Positions 41,201-51,100 of a stretch of 64,000 bases of DNA are shown here, in pieces. A program made the translations under genes and the position numbers. The stretch's first letter is position 1; every line of letters begins with the position of its first letter. Origin of the DNA: Candidatus Eiseniibacteriota bacterium (GTDB taxonomy: Bacteria; Eisenbacteria; RBG-16-71-46; CAIMUX01; VGJL01); contig JBHGAY010000004.1 in the NCBI GenBank assembly GCA_041946735.1, positions 1-64,000 on the forward strand, read 5' to 3'. The notes beneath the pieces are model-generated. The model saw only the letters and a program-made list of their open reading frames with translations. It was not told where the DNA came from and searched no databases.

Positions 41201-42829
41201 TCAGTGAACCGGCCATGACGACTTGCTCCAATAGAAGCCCCAGTTGGGACCGCGCAGCTCCGATCCCACGAAAGTCAGGACGACGAAGCCGACAAGGAAG
41301 CAGAGGAACAGCGCGATCGCCGCCGCGCGCGTCGATCCGGTGCGGTGCAGGATCGCGAGGGACCATCCGGCGTAGAGGGCGGTGAGGATCGTCCCGGGAT
41401 TGAGCGCGATGATCACGATCTGCGGAATCGACGGGAACCAGGTGCGCAGCCATCCGAACCGCACGGGGATCGCGACGGCGAGCACGGCGGCGACGAGCGC
41501 GAAGAGCGCGCTCTGCGCGGCGATGCGCCTGCCCCGCGGCCCGCTCAGCACGACGCCCGCCTGCTCGCGCTCCCGGTCGAGGAACGGAATCAGCCCGAGC
41601 CCCAGGATCGCGATCGCCGGAATCACCATCCCGCCGACGAAGGCCGAGTAGGAAACCATCTCCTGGAGCCCGAGGAAATACCAGGGAGCCTTCGCCGGAT
41701 TCTCCGGAACGGCGGGATTCGCGAGCTCCTTCAGCGGCGCGTTCCAGAACAAGCCGAGGACGAGACAGGCGGCTGCGCAGGCCATGAGGACGAAGAGCTC
41801 CGCGCGCAGCACGTACGGCCACGCCGGAATCGTGTCCGCGGGATCGACGTTTACCGCGGGAGTGCGGTCACGCACGATGCACATGAGGCCGTAGGTCTTT
41901 CGCGGCGCCTCGCTCGGCGCCGCGGGCACGCTCCCCGGAATCGCCGAGCCCTTGCCCGCCGCCGTCGGCGGCCCGTCGGGACGGCCCAGCCCCCCGTCCT
42001 TGCGGATTCGCCAGAAGTGGATCCCCGCCACCATCGCGAGGGCGAGCGGCAGCACCATGACATGGAGCAGGTAGAAGCGGATCAGCGCCTCTTGCCCGAC
42101 CGCGTTGGCGCCCAACAGCAATCGTTTCTGGAACCCGCCCGGATCGAAGAAGCCGGTGATCCCGATCGCGTCGGTCAGTTCGCGGGGGGAACCGGCGATG
42201 TTCGCGCCGATCGTGATAGCCCAGTAGGCGAGCTGGTCCCAGGGGAGAAGGTACCCGGTGAAGGAGAGTCCGAGCGTCAGCACGAAGAGCACCATGCCGA
42301 CGAGCCAGTTGAACTCGCGCGGCTTCTTGTAGCTCGCCGTGAAGAACACCCGAACCATGTGCACGAGGACGGTCACGACCATCAGGTGCGCCGCCCAGCG
42401 GTGGATGTTGCGGATGAAGCGGCCGGTCGGCACGACGTAATGGATGTCCTTGATGCTGTCGTACGCCTGGTCGATCGAAGGCTTGTAGTACACCATCAAC
42501 AGGATCCCGGTCGCGACGAGGATGAGGAAGAACGAGAGCGAGGCCATCCCCATCGCCCATGTGGTCGAGAAGCGCAGCGTGCGAACATTGACGCGCGTGG
42601 AATGAAGGTGGAGGAAGAGGTTCGAGAAGATCGTCTGCGACCGCGTCCGGTCCGTCTCGGGACGCCCGTGACGGAAGAAGGAGTCCCGCAGGTTTTCGGG
42701 AAGGCGGCGCAGGTTCTCCACGAACGGCCCGAACCCGCCGTCATGCTCGCGCTCGCCGTCGCGGCCGCGTTCGCCGTCACGCTGGCGGTCGCGGTCACGC
42801 TCGCGGCCGCGCGACTCGATCGTCGCCAT
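41201..42829 (-). CDS. Cytochrome b of a Rieske/cytb complex (cyt b6-like fused to subunit IV)
   Basis: TGILLMVYYKP, RNIHRWAAH..VH, REFNWLVG, FTGYLLPWDQLAYWA, RFYLLH-x14-H, NPAKAPWYF. Confidence 0.92.
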   Translation of the reverse strand: MATIESRGRERDRDRQRDGERGRDGEREHDGGFGPFVENLRRLPENLRDSFFRHGRPETDRTRSQTIFSNLFLHLHSTRVNVRTLRFSTTWAMGMASLSFFLILVATGILLMVYYKPSIDQAYDSIKDIHYVVPTGRFIRNIHRWAAHLMVVTVLVHMVRVFFTASYKKPREFNWLVGMVLFVLTLGLSFTGYLLPWDQLAYWAITIGANIAGSPRELTDAIGITGFFDPGGFQKRLLLGANAVGQEALIRFYLLHVMVLPLALAMVAGIHFWRIRKDGGLGRPDGPPTAAGKGSAIPGSVPAAPSEAPRKTYGLMCIVRDRTPAVNVDPADTIPAWPYVLRAELFVLMACAAACLVLGLFWNAPLKELANPAVPENPAKAPWYFLGLQEMVSYSAFVGGMVIPAIAILGLGLIPFLDREREQAGVVLSGPRGRRIAAQSALFALVAAVLAVAIPVRFGWLRTWFPSIPQIVIIALNPGTILTALYAGWSLAILHRTGSTRAAAIALFLCFLVGFVVLTFVGSELRGPNWGFYWSKSSWPVH

Positions 42830-42845
42830 GATCTCTCCTCCTCGC

Positions 42846-43313
42846 CTACGCCTTGTAGAAGGTCATCGGAGGGACTTCCCGCTCCGCGTCGACCAACAGA
42901 GACCCGTCCGCCGCCTGCGACACTTCCAGCCAGCGCAGCGGGCGCGGCGCCGGGCCGCGCCGCAGCTCGCCGTCCGGCCCGAAGCGCGACCCATGGCAGG
43001 GGCAGGCGAATCCATCCTCCGATTCGCCTACGATGCATCCGAGATGCGTGCAGACGAGCGACAGCGCCGCGATGCCCCGCGCGTCGGAGATCAGCCGGAC
43101 GTTGCGCTCGGGAACGACACGCGCCGTGCCGGCGGGGAACTCCTCCGGCCTGCCGACACGGAAGCGGCTTCCCGCCTCCGGCAGCACGCTCGGCTTCGGG
43201 AGCCGGGCCATCCCGATCACAGCGCCAAAGATGGCGAGCGCGGCGCTCCAGGAGCCGGCAAGGCCGAGGAAGTCGCGGCGAGGGATCGGTTCGGGTTCTA
43301 GGCGATGCGACAT
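42846..43313 (-). CDS. Rieske [2Fe-2S] protein
   Basis: Tat RRDFL + TM, CTHLGC, CPCHGS, GPAPRPL. Confidence 0.92.
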   Translation of the reverse strand: MSHRLEPEPIPRRDFLGLAGSWSAALAIFGAVIGMARLPKPSVLPEAGSRFRVGRPEEFPAGTARVVPERNVRLISDARGIAALSLVCTHLGCIVGESEDGFACPCHGSRFGPDGELRRGPAPRPLRWLEVSQAADGSLLVDAEREVPPMTFYKA

Positions 43314-45283
43314 TTCGGGTTCTCCTGGAAATGGAACCGCTCCATCGTGATCGCTCCGGTCGGACAGCGCTCCGCGCACAGCCCGCATCGGATGCAGATC
43401 GTCTCGTCCTTGAGGATCGCGGAGGCCCGGTCCGGTTCCGTCCCGTCGAGCTGAGCCTCGAGGACGGGCGCGAGCGAGACCTCGCCGGTCAGGCGGTCGA
43501 CGGAGACGATCCTCAGGCAGAGCTCCGGACAGACGTCGACGCAGCCCCCGCACAGGATGCACTTGTCGCCGTCGAAGATCGTGTTGACGCCGCAGTCGAG
43601 GCAGCGCGATGCCTCGCGGCGCGCCTGCTCGGCCGAGTACCCGATCTCCACCGGAGCCGCCTGCGAGCGGAGCCTCTCTGCAACCGGGGCGGCCGGTAGC
43701 GCGACACGGCGGATCGCTTCGTACCCCGGCTCGCGCGCGTAGTCGGGAATCCCCAAGTGCAGCTCGAGCGCCTCTGCTCCGATCGCCCGGCCGGTCGCCG
43801 CCTCGTAGATCGCCCGCGCGACGGCCTTCCCCGACGCGACGGCGTGGATCAGTAGTTTCGGGCCGTAGGCCAGATCTCCGGCCACGAAAACGTCCGGCGC
43901 GTTCGTTCGCCCCGTCACCGGATCGCAGGCGAGAAATCCGCGCGGGGATAGCTCCAGCCCGTCTCGCTGCGGATCGACGAAGCCGACGTCGATCCCCTGC
44001 CCGATGCTCGTCAGGACCGTGTCGCACTCGATCGTTTCGGTCTGCGTCTCGTCGAATACCGGAGCGAAGCGTCGATTCTCGTCGAAGACCCGCAGGCACT
44101 TCTTGAACACCACGCCGCGCAGGCGCCCGGAGGCGTCCTTGAGGATCTCGGATGGGCCCAGCCCGTTGCGGCGCACGATCCCCTCCTCGTCCCCCTCGAG
44201 GATCTCGACGTCGTCGGCCGGCATTTCCTCGAGAGACTCGAGGGAGCAGAGCCAGACCTTGCCGGGCGCGCGGCCGCCGGGACCCGCCGCTTCCATCTCG
44301 CGCTCGATCTCGCGCAGCGCGGTGCGCGCTGCGTCACTCGCGATCTGGCGAAGGACGGTGCGGCCCACGTCGTAGGCGACGTTCCCTCCACCGATCACGA
44401 CGACCCGGTTGCCGATCGCGGGCGGACGGCCGAGGGAAACGTCACGCAGGAACTCCACGCCTCCGAGGACGCCGGCGGCGTCGGCGCCCGGGATCGGGAG
44501 CGCGCGGGATCGCTTCGCTCCCACCGCGATCACGACCGCGTCGTGGCGCGCGCGCAACTCCGCGAAGGTGAGATCCCGGCCGACCTGGCAGTTCGTGACC
44601 GCCTTGACACCCATCTCCAGAATCACCTCGACCTCGGCGCGGATCAGATCGCGCGGGAGTCGATACTCCGGCACGCCGACCGCAAGCATCCCGGCGAGGA
44701 CCGGCTCCATCTCGTAGATCGTGACCGCGAAGCCGAGCAGCGCCAGATCGTGCGCCGCTGCGAGGCCGGCCGGACCGCTGCCGATGATGCCGGCGGAGCG
44801 GCCGGAGACCGGAGGAACGTCTCCGGAAAGGAGGGACTGCAGAAGGGGGAGGATCTCGTCGACGTCCCGGCAGGGCTGCGGCGCATGGCGACGGGCGGCC
44901 TCTTTCAGGAGCTCGATCAACGAACGGCCGGTGTGGGGCGTCGATGCGGGCACCGCCTCGACGCCGTACTTCTCGCAGACGAAACGTTTGAGGGCGCGGA
45001 TGGCGATCGGCCGGTCCAGTTCGCCGCGGCGGCACGCAACCTCGCACGGCGCGCCGCAGATCCGCCCACAGATGGAGGCGAGAGGGTTCGGCCCTCGGGC
45101 GATCAGGTAGGCCAGCTCGTCGTCCCCGGCCGCAATGGCGCGCACGTAGCCGCGGGCGTCGGTGTGCACGGGGCAGGCCGCCTGGCATTTGATCTGCTCC
45201 TTCCAATAGGAGAGATCCGGCACGCGGACCTCGGCGCCGTTCGAGGAGTCGATCGGCTCCCAGCCGTTGCCGTCGCGGCTCAC
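43298..45283 (-). CDS. FAD/Fe-S NAD(P)-dependent oxidoreductase (GltD/SudA/DsrL-like) with C-terminal ferredoxin
   Basis: CQAACP..CGRICGAPCEVAC, IIGSGPAG, GVPEYRLP, VIGGGNVA, VFVAGD, EASRCLDC, CILCGGCVDVC, CIRCGLCAERC; GTGA-coupled to Rrf2. Confidence 0.9.
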   Translation of the reverse strand: MSRDGNGWEPIDSSNGAEVRVPDLSYWKEQIKCQAACPVHTDARGYVRAIAAGDDELAYLIARGPNPLASICGRICGAPCEVACRRGELDRPIAIRALKRFVCEKYGVEAVPASTPHTGRSLIELLKEAARRHAPQPCRDVDEILPLLQSLLSGDVPPVSGRSAGIIGSGPAGLAAAHDLALLGFAVTIYEMEPVLAGMLAVGVPEYRLPRDLIRAEVEVILEMGVKAVTNCQVGRDLTFAELRARHDAVVIAVGAKRSRALPIPGADAAGVLGGVEFLRDVSLGRPPAIGNRVVVIGGGNVAYDVGRTVLRQIASDAARTALREIEREMEAAGPGGRAPGKVWLCSLESLEEMPADDVEILEGDEEGIVRRNGLGPSEILKDASGRLRGVVFKKCLRVFDENRRFAPVFDETQTETIECDTVLTSIGQGIDVGFVDPQRDGLELSPRGFLACDPVTGRTNAPDVFVAGDLAYGPKLLIHAVASGKAVARAIYEAATGRAIGAEALELHLGIPDYAREPGYEAIRRVALPAAPVAERLRSQAAPVEIGYSAEQARREASRCLDCGVNTIFDGDKCILCGGCVDVCPELCLRIVSVDRLTGEVSLAPVLEAQLDGTEPDRASAILKDETICIRCGLCAERCPTGAITMERFHFQENPKCRIA

Positions 45284-45774
45284 CGCGTCCGCCGTCCCGC
45301 CGCGGCCACCTTGCCGCGCGCCTGCTGCGCCACTTTGCCGCCGGGCGCCTGCTCCGCCGCCTTGGCGCCGCGCGCCTGCGCGACCGCCTCGCCGAGCGTG
45401 CGCTTCCGGAGGGAATCGACCAGCGCGTCTCTCAGCTCGCTCCATTCCCAGTGAAGGATGCAGGCGCTCGTGTCGGAGCAGCGCGATTGCCCGAGCAGGC
45501 AGACCCGCTTCGTCCCGAACGTGTCGAATGCCTGGACGATCTGCAGCAGCGAAATGCGGCCGGCGGAGCGAGCGAGGCGAAAGCCTCCCGTCTTCCCCCG
45601 CTGGCTTTCCAGGATCCCTGCGGAGGCGAGCACGCGAAGGATCTTCGCCAGATATTGCGGAGGAAGATCGACGACGCGAGCGATCTCGCGGTTGAGGAAC
45701 CAGTCTCTCTCCTCGCTCTCGGCCGCCATGTACGCGAGGGCGCGGATGGCGTATTGGGCGCTCGTGGAAATCAT
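45280..45774 (-). CDS. Rrf2 family transcriptional regulator with Fe-S ligating Cys
   Basis: SAQYAIRAL, YLAKILRVL, SQRGKTGGF, CLLGQSRCSDTSACILH. Confidence 0.9.
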   Translation of the reverse strand: MISTSAQYAIRALAYMAAESEERDWFLNREIARVVDLPPQYLAKILRVLASAGILESQRGKTGGFRLARSAGRISLLQIVQAFDTFGTKRVCLLGQSRCSDTSACILHWEWSELRDALVDSLRKRTLGEAVAQARGAKAAEQAPGGKVAQQARGKVAAAGRRTR

Positions 45775-45781
45775 GAAGGGG

Positions 45782-45810
45782 ATATTAGGACCCGTTAGTC
45801 CGAAATGCAA
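45782..45810 (-). promoter_or_regulatory. sigma70 promoter with internal palindromic operator
   Basis: Minus strand TTGCAT-N17-TAATAT, 7 nt before the rrf2 ATG; TTnGGAC-N6-GTCCnAA dyad at 45785-45804. Confidence 0.72.
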
Positions 45811-45853
45811 GAGGAGATCGAGTCGGACCCGGGGGCCCGGCGCCGATGCTCCC

Positions 45854-46486
45854 TCAAACAGTCTCGGTCAGATCTTCCCGGCGGTTCACGTTGCGGAGGG
45901 CGCTCGCGACCCGGATTCTCCCGACGAAAGCGGCGGAGAGAAGGGTCGCGCCCACGCTCTCGATCACCCGGTGCATGGACGTTCCTTCGGGTGCCGAGGA
46001 GAACGCCCGTAGGACGGATCGGTGGTACAGGCCGGGGAACGGATGCAGTCGCCCGCCGGGCTCCCCATAGCAGACGACCGGCTCCGTCCGTCCTGCGGCT
46101 GGCCCGGTGCCACCGGCCCGGATCGACGCGAGAAGTGGGCGGAGCACTGCAGAGGTCACTCCGGGCATGTCGACGGCGAGGATGAGCGCCCAGTCGGACG
46201 ATTCGCTTGCAGCATGGGTGAGCGCGACCCTCACCCCCTCCACGGGACCGAGGCCGGGACGCTCACCCGTCAGGACAGGGGCGCGATACCGCCGGAAAGG
46301 CGCCGGATCGGGAGCGACGATCCGCGGATGGATGTTCAACTCCCGCATCGCCCGAAGCGCGAGCGCGAGGAGACTCCTCCCCCGGTGCGTCGCCAGGGCC
46401 TTGTTCGATCCGAACCGCCGCGACGCGCCACCGGCGAGAACGAAGCCGGAGACGCGCTCGTTCCCCTTCGTCCCGGCCCTCCTCAA
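45854..46486 (-). CDS. mobA: Molybdenum cofactor guanylyltransferase
   Basis: VLAGGASRRFGSNKAL, GLGPVEG, LAVDMP, HPFPGLY, NVN; start uncertain. Confidence 0.85.
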   Translation of the reverse strand: MRRAGTKGNERVSGFVLAGGASRRFGSNKALATHRGRSLLALALRAMRELNIHPRIVAPDPAPFRRYRAPVLTGERPGLGPVEGVRVALTHAASESSDWALILAVDMPGVTSAVLRPLLASIRAGGTGPAAGRTEPVVCYGEPGGRLHPFPGLYHRSVLRAFSSAPEGTSMHRVIESVGATLLSAAFVGRIRVASALRNVNRREDLTETV

Positions 46487-47868
46487 TGGAGGAACAACAG
46501 CTTCCCGCGGCCCGCCCCGTCGGTTCCGCGCACCTCGTAGAAGTACGCCCCGGCCGGAACGGCCCGGCCCGCGTCGTCCTTGCCGTCCCAGCGCACGCGA
46601 TGCGATCCCGCCGCGTCATGCGAACGTTCGATGCTGCGCACCTGACGCCCCGACGCGTCGTGGATCGTGATCGACACCACTCCGGCGTCCACCGCTCGAT
46701 AGCGGATCCACGTGGCGCTGCGGAACGGGTTCGGCGAGGCGAAAGAGAGCAGAAGCCCGCCCCCTCCCTCCGCGCTCTCGATCCCGGCCGGGGCAAGCTG
46801 CCGGTAGAGGATGAGCTGGGTCTGCAGTGACCAAATCGGCTCGGTGTGCCCCGTGTAGTTGTAGTTGCAGTCTGTGCAGGTCTGTCCCGACACGCAGTTG
46901 GGATTGTCGGGGCGGCAGTAGTTCTCGTACGGCATGATGCCGTAGTCGAGCACGGCGGTCTCCCCCGGAGTCACCGACTCGGTGATGTCGGCGTCCCACG
47001 GGTCGACCTTGTCGCCCGGACACCACCCGGCGCGGTCGTACTGCCACGTCCCCCCCTGCGGGCTGCACAGGTTGCTCTCGCAGTCGGAGCGCCAGACATT
47101 GTGCCAGATCGAGTCGGCGTTCGCCTTGATCCAGTGGCGGCGATTGCAGAATTCGGCGCAGTTCAGCGTGTTCCCCTGGCCGTGACCGGTCGCGATCGCG
47201 CGGAACTTCACCGCGTCGGTTCCCTCCGGAATCGCAACTTCCATCGGACGCAGGTGGTTCTCGTGCGGATCGTTCGGATTGCCGTAGACGAGGTAGCCGT
47301 TCGTCCACAGGTTGCGCACCTCCACGGGAACGAGCGACGGCGTTCCTTCGACGAACGCGAAGTCGATCGTGACGAGCCAGCCGCGCGTCCCTCCGATCCA
47401 GCTCTCGATGTAATTGACGAGCGTCACCTCGTCGTGCAGGAGCATCCGGTAGTCGGTGACGTCCAGAACCCAGGTGCACGTCCCTGGCCTCGGGCCTCCG
47501 GTAATGTCGTACGGGGTGACGATGCGGGCGATCTCGATGTCTCCCCCGGGGCGCTGGACGCGAAGCCATCCGAGCCGGTCCCAAGGATCACAGTCATCGG
47601 GCGTGGGCGGACAGCCGATCTGATAGAAGAGGAGGACCTTGTCGCAAAGGAGCTCGAGTCCGGGAAGCGTAAAGGTCCGTACGTGCGGTTCGGCCCAGTT
47701 GTAGAAGTCCTGGTCGAAGGTCCGCACCCAGGTGGTGTCGCCCGGCGCAGCGGCGGCAGCGGAGAAGACGCCGGCGAACAGCAGCAGGGCGAGAGCGCCG
47801 GTGAACACGCGCGAAGCGGACGCACCGGCAATCTTGATCGAGAACGAGTTGCAGGAGCTGTCCCTCAT
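46483..47868 (-). CDS. Secreted peptide-N-glycosidase F-like protein with C-terminal FlgD-Ig-like domain
   Basis: CDPWDR, EIARIVTPY, DVTDY, TGHG..CAEFC, SPQGGTWQYDRAGWCPG; tail PNPF..IHDASGRQVR..WDGKDDAG..GAYF. Confidence 0.8.
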   Translation of the reverse strand: MRDSSCNSFSIKIAGASASRVFTGALALLLFAGVFSAAAAAPGDTTWVRTFDQDFYNWAEPHVRTFTLPGLELLCDKVLLFYQIGCPPTPDDCDPWDRLGWLRVQRPGGDIEIARIVTPYDITGGPRPGTCTWVLDVTDYRMLLHDEVTLVNYIESWIGGTRGWLVTIDFAFVEGTPSLVPVEVRNLWTNGYLVYGNPNDPHENHLRPMEVAIPEGTDAVKFRAIATGHGQGNTLNCAEFCNRRHWIKANADSIWHNVWRSDCESNLCSPQGGTWQYDRAGWCPGDKVDPWDADITESVTPGETAVLDYGIMPYENYCRPDNPNCVSGQTCTDCNYNYTGHTEPIWSLQTQLILYRQLAPAGIESAEGGGGLLLSFASPNPFRSATWIRYRAVDAGVVSITIHDASGRQVRSIERSHDAAGSHRVRWDGKDDAGRAVPAGAYFYEVRGTDGAGRGKLLFLH

Positions 47869-48196
47869 CGGACCTCCGACCCATCCGGCCGTCCGGATGG
47901 GACTGTGGATGCTGCGCCGGGTGGGCTGCGCCGGTCGCCTGCCCAAGTCCGGCGGTGGACCGCGCTTTGCGCGAGTCTCGGGCGGATCGCGACGACCATG
48001 GGATGCGGCCGAATCGACCGTGGAGAAGACTAGCCGTTCCGCCATCGAGCCCGCAATATCACGGATCTTGACGGAACACGGAACACGGCCGCAGAGCCCT
48101 CGCACCGCAACTCTCCCGGCACAGGCGCGAAGAGCCTCCGCAGACTTTCATTGGCGCGCGTAGGCCCTCGATCATCGCCAATCGCCGAAGGAAGAA

Positions 48197-51100
48197 TCAG
48201 CGGATGCGAAGGACTCTCGCAGTCGCCGACTCGGAGCCGGCCCGCAGCCGCAATAGATAAAGGCCGGAGACGACGTCTACTCCGGCCGCGTTCTTCCCAT
48301 CCCAATCGATCCGATTCCGACCGGACGGCAAAGGTCCGTTGACAAGCGTGCGGACGAGCCGGCCGCCGACGTCGAACAGCTCCAGGATCACCGGGCGGCT
48401 CCCGGCGCCGGAGGGGATCTCGAGCGAGATTGTCGTCCTCTGCGAGAACGGCGCCGGCGAGAGCGAGACGATCTGCGCCGTGCGGACTACCTGCCCTTCG
48501 TCCTCCGGCGCGCCGCCGACCCCGCAGGAAACCGGCCAGGCGCCGATCAGACCACAGTCGGGATTCGCGTCCGGGGCGCACGGGGAATCTTCGTTCAGAC
48601 CGAACGGCGCCGCCGGCTCCGACTCGCCGCAGTAGCGGGGATCCTCGGAGATGTTCCCGTACTGGCCGAGAAGCTGCCCCCACGTGCCCATCCAGTCCCC
48701 CCCCGCGTTCCCCCAGAAATCGCAGCACTCGATCGTCACATCGTCGCCCGCGAACATCGACCCGCCGCTGCTCCCGGTGATGATGTTGTTGCGGAGGACC
48801 ATGGGCGAGTTCTCCCAGGCCGCGATCGCGCCACCGGAGCCGCCGGAATTGCCGTGGAAGGTGCAGTTCTCGATGAGCAGATCCTGCCACGGGTCGGTCG
48901 TGCCGATCGCGCCTCCGCCGACGGTCGCCTCGTTGTCGAGGAACGTGCAGCCTTGAATCAGGATGTTTCCCCCGCCGGAATGTATGGCGATCGCGCCGGC
49001 CGCGTTGGAGACGTTGCGGAGGAACGTGCATCGCGTGATCTCCACGTGCATGTTCTCCCCAGCGATCGCCCCGCCGCCGTCCGCCGCCTGGTTCTTCTGG
49101 AAGACGCAATCGAAGAGCTTCACGCCGTCGGTGTTCTGGAAGAAGATGGCGCCCCCCGCGCTCATCGCCCGGTTCTCGACGAAGCGGCAATTGCGGATCG
49201 TGGGATCGCTGCCGTTCAGGCAGCGGATCGCTCCCCCGTGTTGGGACGAAGGCGAGCCATCCAGCCAGGCATGGCCACCCTGGATCGTGATCCCCTCGAT
49301 AACAGAGTCGTTTCCCTCCCCCGTGATGAAGTCGAATCCCCGATGCGGATGGGCTGGGGTGCCTTCGCAGTCGATCACGCAGGTCTCCGGGTTGCCCGAG
49401 GCCGAGCGAACCGTGATCGCCTTTCCCCGGAAGGAGACGTCGCGGTTGCCGGGCCCGCGATAGATGCCATCTTCGAGCTGCACGATCTCCCCCGGGAGCG
49501 CCCCGGATACTGCGGCGTCGATGGTCGGGTAGTCGCCGCTTCCGTCCGCCCGCACGACGAGAATCGACATGCACTCCACCGTGTGCGATCCGATCTGCCA
49601 GCAGTCGCCCACGTATTGCGGAGCGCAGGGAGAGTGGCTCTCGAGGCCGAGGTCGTAGCGGGCCGCATCGCAGAAGATCGGGTCGACGGAGCGATTGCCG
49701 TTCAGCTCACCCTGCCCGGCGATGCAGCCAACCCAGTCCCCACCGTTGTGATAGAGATCCGAACATAGGAGCGTGACTGTCGCGCCTGCCGCGCAGCCGA
49801 TCGCATCCCCGCCGGTGTTCCAGGCCGCGATCGTCTTCGCAATCTCGTGCTCGCCCCCCTCGAAGTGGACCGCCGAGCCGTCGGGCGCCGAGTTACCGAC
49901 CAGGGTGTTGCGGGCGAGTCGAGGCTGGCACAGCAGCCCGCAGTCGAGCGCGCCGCCTTGGTAGGCCGCCTGGTTCGCCGCAATGTCGCAGTCCTCCACG
50001 GTCGGAGATGCCTCGTTCGCGCAGGCGATTCCCCCTCCTGCCCCGGCCGCGCGATTCTCGAGCAGACGGCAGCGACGGACTAGGGGCGAAGCGCCTTCGC
50101 AGAGAACCGCGCCCCCGTCACTCTCCGCGTAACCGCCGCGGATCGTGACGGCCTCGAGGACCGTCCCGCTTCCCTCCCCTTCATGTATCCAGAAGCCGCG
50201 ATGCGGCTCCGGCCCGCTGCCTCGGCAATCGATCGTGCAGGCGGCCGGATCGTCCGACTCCGAGCGAATCCGGATCCGCTTGCCGCGCAGCTCGATATCG
50301 TGGTTGCCGTCCCCGGAGAACGTCCCGTCGGCGAGGAGGATCACTGCGCCGTCGGCCGCTGCGTCGATCGCGGCCTGGATCGTCGGGTGGTCTCCGGATC
50401 CATCCGGCCGGACCGTGAGGACATCCCACTCGCACCCGCGCCCGAACGCCCCGATCCGACCGCAGACGGGACTGTTCGTCGAGTCGCACGGGGAGATCTG
50501 GGAAACGCGATAGTCGTCCGCCTCCGGGTCACAGAAGAGTGGGTCGACGTGCAGGTTGTCGTTCGTGAGTTGCCGCCCGTCCAGGGCACCGATCCAGTCC
50601 CCATCGGAGTTGCCGAAGATGTCGGTGCATTCGATTCCCAACGAGGCGAATTGAGTCCACGTGATCGCCTTCCCGGCACCATTCGAAGCAAAGATGCAGC
50701 GCTCCACGCTGCTCGGATACGACCAAAGGGCCGCGAGCGCGGAGCCATCGCCGACTGCCGCCCGGTTGCCGACGAAGGTACAGCGAGTGACATCCATGTA
50801 CCCTTCCTGACGAATCAGCACGGCGCCGCCCGGCTCCAGGTCGCAACTGTTCCGCAGGAATAGACAGTCTTCGAGCGTGAGGTGAGCGCCGCCGTCCGTG
50901 AAGGCCGCGCCGCCTCCCCAACCAGCGTGGTTCTCGCGAAACACGCAGCGCCTGACCGTCGCCCGCGTGAGGTTCGACAGGTAGATGGCGCCGGCGTATT
51001 CCTTCGCCCGGTTCCCTTCGAACAGGCAGCCCTCAATGACACCCTCGTAGTAGGTGGTCGGGCCGAACCAGTAGATCGCCCCTCCGTGTTGGACAGTGGT

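Noticed and set aside
41163..41822. 219-aa ORF whose stop overlaps the cytochrome c start
   Set aside because: Lies off-frame inside cytochrome b; composition typical of a shadow ORF
43298..45283. Glutamate synthase small subunit or DsrL assignment
   Set aside because: No gltB or dsr genes nearby; context points to the Rieske/cytb module
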